A DNA stretch of 64,000 bases, taken from IMG/VR virus record IMGVR_UViG_3300032174_000075, positions 1 to 64,000 of that record; one strand, 5' to 3'. Numbering within the stretch: the stretch's first letter is position 1; each line of letters begins with the position of its first letter. Under the pieces are notes generated by a model that worked only from the letters and a program-made list of their open reading frames with translations, had not been told where the DNA came from and ran no database searches. Below, one piece after another: positions 57,286 to 64,000 of this stretch. The DNA comes from a virus. Both the position numbers and the translations under genes were made by a program.

Positions 57286-60003
57286 CCGCCCCTCGCCTCC
57301 GCTATGGCCTCTTGCCATGCTGTATCGGATGGAGTGTTGTCGGAGATGGCGGCGAGGAGTTGATCAAGCTGTTCCTGGACCGCAGTTATGCCGCACAGAG
57401 CTTGTGCATTCTGCATCGCAGAGACATACGTTGCCGTTGCATCCTTGACCATCCTGCGCGCGCGGCGTTCTGCATCCGCTTGGTCATCGCTTATGCCGGA
57501 GTGGTGGGTGGAATCGTGGTAGAGGGGTATGGCACTCATGGCTCCGAACAGCTCCCAGTTTCGCGGATATTTTCAGCCGCCAAAACAAGGGCTTTGGCCA
57601 TACGGACTTGTTCCTCGGTGGGGACATCTTCGTAATCTCGGTCATCATCTTCCGAGAAGTAGTCCGTGATTTGATGAGCGAGCCACATGAGGTCAGCAAA
57701 CGGCATGGCCGAGATGCAGGACATATACTCTTTGTGTTCCCTGGTTGTGCTGATTGAGTCGCTGCTCATTCTGTCCTCCAGATGCGGTACTGGTTGTTAT
57801 GCTTGCCGTGAACGAATTTCTTTGGCGCGTTCCGAACACAAGCAGATTTTGCTGCTGCTGCTGCTGGGCCCGCGCCCTTCGATGGGAACAGAAAGCTATC
57901 TCCTACTTCCATCTTGGCCCACGGATACTTTGTGATGCGTCCGCGCGGCGGCAGTGGGATGCCTCGGTCAATTTGTATTTCATCGCTCATAGATTCTCCT
58001 GCCTCTTCGGCTCGTCGGTTTTTGGACCTCAATTACCGCCTCATCATCCCGCCGTATCTCCTCCGGCCTCGCTCCGCAGTCTGCACAATCTCCCGTCTCA
58101 TCGGTGAATGTGTGCATGCAGCGGCCAGAGAGGGCGAGTTCGATCTTGTCGAGCAAGGGCTTTAGATCGGAGAGGGCGTCGTGTGTCATGTCTCAGGCCT
58201 GTGCGTTGCTAAGCAGCCATGCCAGGAAACACGCGGCTGACCTGAATTTTCCGGTCTTTTACATGCGGGTCTTTTGCGACAGCCCGAGGCCCGCTTTTGT
58301 ATAGGTGCGTTGCGAGGTTAACCGCAGCGCCCCATTGTGCGCCGGAAAGCCCGAGCACCTTGACCCGCTCGTTTGCGAAGCCGTTCTTTTCGATGGCGGC
58401 CCGATCCTTGGCCCACGCTTCCGCATCTTCCCACTTCGCGGCGTCATATTTCGCCGCAAGTAAATGGCGGAGAATTTCAGCCGCAGTGATTTGGATGCAT
58501 TGTTCATAGCCAGGGCCTAAGCCCCCCATCTCGATTGACCAGACTGAAACGCCGTCATCCCATCGCTTGAGCCAGTCTGCCGCGTCAGCACCGTAACGCT
58601 GAATATCGCTGTACTCTTCGTCTTCAGCCTCGGTTCGATACCAAGCCTTCTGTCCGTTGACGAACAGCCCGCGCACCCGACGCCCAAGGTTGTCTTTCGG
58701 GTAGAACCGCGCAGTTTCGCCCGTGTGCGGCGCGCCGTGGAAATCTTTACCGCAATGGATAGTCCAGCCGCCGCACGTGATGGCATAGCCACCACCGCTG
58801 TCTTGCGATACGTTGTCGATTGCCATCTCTTCGAAATCGTCGTCGTTTTGCGGGTAAGAGGTCATCTCGTGGGCTCCTGTGTCTTTCGGGGTCGTTTTCA
58901 TTGTGGCCTCATGAATGCAATCGCTGCCCCTATCGCAAGAGCAAGCGGGACAAGACGCCAGAAGATGGGCCAGCCGGTCACTTTTTACCTCTTCCTAAGT
59001 TGATGCCGGCCAGGAAGGATTCCATGATTGCCCAACCGTAAAAGACTGGCGAGCCGTATAACTCTCCGTCCGCGCGGGGGAAGAGAGTTTTGCGAAAAGC
59101 GTCTGCCGCTTGGAAATCTTCATCTGGCCTATCCAGCGGGGTAACTCTTTTGCGTGGCTTTCGCGGGCGACCGTCCCGACGAATTGGGTTCTTTGCGGTC
59201 GGGCTGCGGCTTCTGCCTTGCAAATATTTCATCTCTGTTCTACCTCCCGCTCATCATCAAAAGCCATCCCACTATCCCCACAAGAGCCATAGCGCCAGCG
59301 AGTACAGCAGGGACGGTAATCCATGCGGGGAATAAACGCGGCTCGCGTCGCCATTTCTGGCGCCAATGGTTGCTCATCGTGCCGCCTCCCTTTATTTGAC
59401 CGCAAGATTGCGGCGCAGATTTTCCAAAAGCTCTTTCGCGGCCTTCTTTCCGGCGCACGATCCGCATAAATCGTCAGTACGACATTGCCATGCGATAGAG
59501 CCATACTGGTAGTTGAGCTTTGCGCGGCATTCGTCGCAATGCACCCAGCCGCGCGGAGTAGTGTAACATACTAAGCGACGCCGCCCGTCAGCTGACATAG
59601 TCCACTTTCTTGTCATCCAGTTCACGGCCGCTCCTCAATCTTTTTCTGCTTCGGGATGCTCACGCCGCGCTTTACCAAGCGCCGCAAGATATACAGCCGC
59701 GCACTTTTCAACGAGCACGAGGACTTCCGGGTCCATCCGCTCAAGCACAGACGCTGCAAACGGTCGTAAAGTAAATCTCACCGCCCATGCCGCACTCCAT
59801 CATCGTCCCGCCTCCTTCAGCGCCTTATAGCCCTTCGCCGACAAGCTGACGCGACTTAGCGGACCCCAGAGATAGCCGTCGTCGATCAATCGTTTCGCCA
59901 GGGTGCGTGTTTCCAGATTGCTCTTTGTCGAGAGGTCAATCGGATTTGGATTCTCGCGGATGACGGAGAGGAAATCGAGGTCGGAGGGGGAGAGGGGCGT
60001 CAT
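57282..60003 (-). other. early-left operon: short hypothetical genes (57282-57539, 57536-57769, 57980-58189, 58209-58865, 58978-59232, 59800-60003 and others)
   Basis: Densely overlapping minus-strand ORFs typical of temperate phage early regions. Confidence 0.55.
57766..57990 (-). CDS. small putative DNA-binding protein (I..GIPLP...KYPW..MEVGDSF...RIWR)
   Basis: Recurrent phage motif; paralogous to 63436-63644. Confidence 0.65.
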   Translation of the reverse strand: MSDEIQIDRGIPLPPRGRITKYPWAKMEVGDSFLFPSKGAGPAAAAAKSACVRNAPKKFVHGKHNNQYRIWRTE

Positions 60004-60014
60004 GCCGTGCGGCC

Positions 60015-60557
60015 TTATTGCGCCTGCTCGTGTTGTGTAGTGTCGATCACCAGGGGCTTGATGGTGAGATCGAACGGCTTGTCAGAGTAGAGATAGTCGC
60101 CGGACCATTGCCAGTATCGTCCATCGGCACCGAAGCAATAGATGTAGGGCTCAGACTGCCCATATACGCCGTCTTCGCCGGGACCATCCATGAGTTGGTA
60201 ATTCCCGCTTCTGTCGCTGTCCTTGTCGGTGTCGGCGATGCCGGGGTAAGGCATCCACTCGTATTGCTTGGTTTGCGTGATCCGCTTTCCGGCGGAGGTG
60301 CATTTGCCAGAGACTGTGAGATATTGAACCGGCTGACCGGACTGGTTCAAGAAAACCACATATCCGATGATGCCAGGTTTCCCGAATAGAAGGCGCCGGT
60401 GCTTGATGTTCTCGATTTCGTAGCTGTAGGTCTGCTCCTTGGAAACTTCGGCGTCGGCCTGACGACGCTGTGCCTCGACGGCGCTACGCGGAGGAGGCTG
60501 CTGGTCGCACCCGAACAGCGCGACGGCGATTGTGATCAATAGAATTGCTCTTTTCAC
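60015..60557 (-). CDS. lipoprotein
   Basis: MKRAILLITIAVALFGC lipobox; GKCTS, DGVYG and YLYSD.P motifs. Confidence 0.75.
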   Translation of the reverse strand: MKRAILLITIAVALFGCDQQPPPRSAVEAQRRQADAEVSKEQTYSYEIENIKHRRLLFGKPGIIGYVVFLNQSGQPVQYLTVSGKCTSAGKRITQTKQYEWMPYPGIADTDKDSDRSGNYQLMDGPGEDGVYGQSEPYIYCFGADGRYWQWSGDYLYSDKPFDLTIKPLVIDTTQHEQAQ

Positions 60558-61036
60558 TGATTTTCTCCTTGGCAGTAGGAAGGGCTATACGAAACCGGAA
60601 GTGGCTCGTAAGCCTCAGTTGAGATAGGTAGATAGTGCTCCGGGTTTTTGAAAATTCCGGCATCGAGTCGCGATGCGCGCGAATTGTAGTCCGCAACGAG
60701 ACTCTGGCAGACTTGTTTGATCCCAGTCAGTTCAGTCATTCGCGCCGATGCGCGTTCGGGCGTGTGGGCCTCCGCGTAATGCAGGTTTTCTTCTGCTTCA
60801 TGGATTTGCGCCGGGAAAACCTGTAGCCTTGCGTTCGCGTCGTGGAAGTACCGATATTGCATGAGTGCGTTGTCGGGGTCGATGATACGTCGAGCGACGG
60901 TCGTTCCGCTGTTCACCACGGAGAACGGGAGTGTGATAACGCCGAAAGCGCATCCCGCCATCACCAGAAAAAACAGCGCGGCGAAGGTCCAGAAAGCCCA
61001 CTTCACAACAATGCCGACAGTAATCTCTTCGTCCAT
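60554..61036 (-). CDS. membrane-anchored helical protein
   Basis: N-terminal TM; Y.YF.D...L.GI.Q.C...VADYN; overlaps the lipoprotein start. Confidence 0.7.
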   Translation of the reverse strand: MDEEITVGIVVKWAFWTFAALFFLVMAGCAFGVITLPFSVVNSGTTVARRIIDPDNALMQYRYFHDANARLQVFPAQIHEAEENLHYAEAHTPERASARMTELTGIKQVCQSLVADYNSRASRLDAGIFKNPEHYLPISTEAYEPLPVSYSPSYCQGENQ

Positions 61037-61067
61037 GCCGTCCTCCTATGGAGTTTGCTGTTCGTCG

Positions 61068-62329
61068 CTATGCCGTCTTGGAATCTAGTTTTTCCATCCT
61101 TGCCGCCTCTACCTCCGCAAAGCAGCGCAGAATCTTCAGCAGTTCGACGGCATAGATGCGCTCGGGCCCGGTCTCGCTGCGCTTGATCTCCCCAGCCTCA
61201 TCGGCGATCCTGATGGCGCGGGCAGATTCGCGGAGTTGGGCGAGGAGGGGTTCGAGAGTGTGTAGGATGGCAATTAATTTACCCCTGTCACAGTGAGCCT
61301 TGAACCCGTCCGGATCAAAGAAGGATGCTGCGGTCGTGTTCTCGTCATCATCATAGATGACGTGACGTGCCTCGATTTCCAACAAATCAAGGCCAGCTGT
61401 GGTCAGTCTACCAAACTCTTCCGCCGCGAGAAGGGTGCGGATCGCAGCAGCGGCACGTCGGGCGAGCGGATCGCCAGGCGACAGGTCCAAGCCCATGCGG
61501 CCTTCTGCATCAAGATCGCGCAGCAGCGATTCCAAATCTAGCGCGTCAGTAGAGGCGGTCATGACTCGCCCCTCTCCGCGACGCTGTAAAACTCTCTGAC
61601 GATCTGAAGCGAGCTTTGTAGGTTTTGCCCGCGTTCGCAGGCTTTGTAGCCCAACTCAAACACAAGCTCGATAGTCGCCATTTGGCTTCTGGTGACTAGG
61701 GGCTTAGCGCTATCTCTTGTGGGAGCGCTCATCCCTCTACCTCATCCGGGTTGGCAGGCGCAGGCTCGGTAGCCTTCTCATTGACGACTCTCACCTGGAC
61801 CTCATACTTCGTGCCGTTGAAGTCGGTGAACAGCATCGCATAGCGGCAGTCTCCAACCGTCTCTATAGCGCCGACGCTGGTAAAGACCTTCTCCGTGTCG
61901 CCAGGAAGAACCGCGCGCTTGATGAGCGAGGCTAGATAGGCTGGGTAGACGAGCGTTCGCGGTGCCGTAACAGCGCGGAGCATGTTGTTTATCTCGGCCA
62001 CGAGGTCAAACATTGTGACCGCCGCGAGCAAGCGCACGAGCGCGGGTTAGGGCCGCTGCGTAGGTTGGCATCCCTAAGTGGGCTGTGTGAGATATCGCGC
62101 GGTAGTCGGCCTTCACCGTATCGCAAGCGTGGATAAAGTGGAGAGGCTTCCCCGCTATCGCAGATGCAAAGCGACAGATCAGACAGTCCTTAGAGCTTAG
62201 CGGGTCATATGCCGTGCTCGCGTCTTGCGTCTCCAACCAAGCGATCAGCCCATGCAGATCGGGCGTGAACTTGCGCGCTGGCGCATCGGTTGTGGGCATT
62301 TCGATTGGGAGGCGGGATTTGAGGAACAT
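61068..62329 (-). other. hypothetical early genes (61068-61562, 61729-62037, 62006-62329)
   Basis: Co-oriented ORFs with RBSs. Confidence 0.5.
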
Positions 62330-62340
62330 GGTGCGATCTC

Positions 62341-63252
62341 CTAATCAGTCCAACTGACCGTACCGACAGGCGTTGTCCCGTTCGCTTCGTGCTGCGCCAT
62401 TTCTTCGATGTAGGCGAGCGCCCAATCATCCGGGATCGCGCCGTAGTTCTGCTGCGGCCAGCCAGGATGCGACATGTCGTGGATCAAAGAGGCCGCTCCA
62501 GCAAAACCGTATTTGTCTTTCAGCTTCCATCCGGCGGCACCAGCCATGTTCACGAGATGGCCAGCCGTGCACATTGGCGTGTTGCAGATATTCGGCTCCG
62601 GCGTCGGGCGTTCTGGCCCGAAGGTCGATTGCTTGAATGCCCGCTTCTTCGCTTGAATGTCAGCCAGAAGATGCGTGTAGGGTTTTTCGAGGACAGGGAT
62701 ATCTCCGAACGCCGCTCTCAGGGCGCTCGGGGTCCAGCCCGCCGCGATCAGGGCGCTCGGGGTCCAGCCCGCCGCTCTCAGGGCGCTCGGGGTCCAGCCC
62801 GCCGCTCTCAGGGCGCTCGGGGTCCAGCCCGCCGCTCTCAGGGCGCTCGGGGTCCAGCCCGCCGCGATCAGGGCGCTCGGGGTCCAGCCCGCCGCGATCA
62901 GGGCGCTCGGGGTCCAGCCCGCCGCTCTCAGGGCGCTCGGGGTCCAGCCCGCCGCGATCAGGGCGGAGAATTGGCGGCTCGCCATCAAAGCCAATTCGTG
63001 CCGTGTAAATTCCTTCGCCATTGTCATTCCTCTCTCGCCTGAGTGGGCGGGGGGGGGGTAGGCTAGAACGTCGTTGTCGTTATATTTTCCGGCTGGGCAT
63101 GTCGTGAAGAAATGCTCCTCGACGCCACGCCTCATAACTGCCATGTTGACAATCGCGTCGGCGTTCTGCTCGCTCTTGTTTCTTTCAAGAACGCGGACGT
63201 GATGCGGCGCCCTGATCTCCACTTCGATCACGTCAACCATGGACATCTTCAT
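62341..63252 (-). CDS. repeat protein (AAGWTPSAL[R/I])x8.5; probably two genes joined through a C10 run
   Basis: Internal RBS and ATG at about 63027; C-terminal C.TPMC.AGH domain. Confidence 0.65.
   Translation of the reverse strand: MKMSMVDVIEVEIRAPHHVRVLERNKSEQNADAIVNMAVMRRGVEEHFFTTCPAGKYNDNDVLAYPPPAHSGERGMTMAKEFTRHELALMASRQFSALIAAGWTPSALRAAGWTPSALIAAGWTPSALIAAGWTPSALRAAGWTPSALRAAGWTPSALRAAGWTPSALIAAGWTPSALRAAFGDIPVLEKPYTHLLADIQAKKRAFKQSTFGPERPTPEPNICNTPMCTAGHLVNMAGAAGWKLKDKYGFAGAASLIHDMSHPGWPQQNYGAIPDDWALAYIEEMAQHEANGTTPVGTVSWTD
62711..62965. repeat. 30-bp tandem repeat, 8.5 copies, two variants
   Basis: GCCGC(TC/GA)TCAGGGCGCTCGGGGTCCAGCCC; order on + strand R I R R R I I R I(partial). 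Confidence 0.97.
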
Positions 63253-63346
63253 CTCCTCAGAAACTGTCTCCGCCGACCTGGGCTCTCTCGGGGGCTGTCG
63301 AAGGGGCTAGGGATATCCGAGAGGACCCAGGCCGGGGAGTGAGGGG

Positions 63347-63427
63347 AAGGTAGACGGGGCTATTTCGGTTGTCAAGCATGTTAATCTGATAAAAGCGCTT
63401 GACCGATACAATTTCTTTCGGTAAGCA
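63347..63427. promoter_or_regulatory. back-to-back divergent sigma70-type promoters (early switch)
   Basis: Minus: TTGACA (63375-63370)-17-TACCTT; plus: TTGACC (63399-63404)-17-TAAGCA; gene orientation flips here. Confidence 0.65.
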
Positions 63428-63435
63428 GAATTTTA

Positions 63436-63644
63436 TGCCAATCAAACATTCTGACCCGCCGCCTCCGCGCCGTCCGAACTACTCCAAGCAGGTGTTCGAT
63501 ATGAAGGTGGGGGCAACCCTTCTATTCGACGGTGCAAAGCCACGAAGCATCCAAGCTATCTGTTCACGCATCGGGGCTGACGAAGAACGCAAATACGTCA
63601 CCGAAAAGCAGAATGGTGGCGTGCGCGTGTGGAGGCTCGAATGA
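63436..63644 (+). CDS. small putative DNA-binding protein in the Cro position
   Basis: MPIK..DPPP.R..Y....F.MKVG......GVRVWRLE; similar to 57766-57990. Confidence 0.65.
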
Positions 63645-64000
63645 GCGTTCCCTACGCTGGCGCTATGAGCGGCGGTAAGGCTCGTGACGAAATCACCCGG
63701 CTCCTGCAACGGTTCGGGTGCGAGTCTGTCGGATTCATGGATGACTTCGCCGAGCGTTCGGTTTTGCTCGCCTTCGTGCATCGCGGGCGTCCGATACAAC
63801 TCCGCGCTTCTGCTAAGGGCTGGGCGCAAATGTACCTCAAGGAGCATCCATATACGCACCGGATGAGAAAGTCCCGCCCCGAGCACGAACAGGATGCGCT
63901 CGCGCAAGGCACCATCGCCATTAATTCAGTCCTCCGGGATTGGGTGAAGGGCCAATTGACCGCCGTGGAAACGGGGATTCTCTCGTTTGAGGCCGTCTTC
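63641..64000 (+). CDS. phage hypothetical protein (runs off right edge)
   Basis: ATGA-coupled; MSVPYAGA.SG.KARDEI.RLL.RFGC..VGFMDD...LRDWVKGQ.TAVETGIL.FEAVF, open to the window end. Confidence 0.7.
   Translation, partial: MSVPYAGAMSGGKARDEITRLLQRFGCESVGFMDDFAERSVLLAFVHRGRPIQLRASAKGWAQMYLKEHPYTHRMRKSRPEHEQDALAQGTIAINSVLRDWVKGQLTAVETGILSFEAVF

Larger units (their letters stand above)
5408..64000. mobile_element. prophage, contractile-tailed (Bcep781/AP22-like head-tail module), continues past the window
   Basis: Continuous terminase-portal-head-sheath-tube-TMP-baseplate-fibre order, then holin-like and early recombination genes; no host housekeeping genes after 1610. Confidence 0.95.

Noticed and set aside
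62711-62965. CRISPR array
   Set aside because: The 30-bp units are contiguous with no unique spacers, keep a reading frame, and no cas genes are present

Overview
Host DNA is GC-rich and looks alphaproteobacterial. It covers only 1-1.7 kb (3' end of msrA and an MgtC/DUF4010 membrane protein). Next comes a cargo-carrying IS1595-family element (about 1784-4594), then a large prophage that runs past the right edge of the window. The prophage is myovirus-type (Bcep781/AP22-like head: DUF1073 portal, MuF-like head protein, NUDIX-DUF2213 protease; contractile tail, baseplate, fibre, tailspike). It starts at the terminase, and no integrase, CI-type repressor or endolysin is recognisable in the window. 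The most unusual features are: (1) the left junction is an IS1595 end facing an inverted end-mimic across an 8-bp core, and a second IS1595 transposase sits where an integrase is expected, so this may be an IS1595-mobilised prophage; (2) an antisense operon encodes a catalytically dead IS1595 DNA-binding region fused to Myb/GcrA-like, sigma-like and RelE-like domains, plus an Xre protein and an HTH/sigma-like paralogue, behind a highly structured ~330-nt non-coding region; (3) a tRNA with a leucine body carries a UGG (Pro) anticodon; (4) a stand-alone FixL-type PAS protein lies immediately upstream of a membrane-anchored coiled-coil protein; (5) Sec- and Tat-signal proteins lie inside the tail module. 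All family calls come from motif recognition by eye; no database searches were run.
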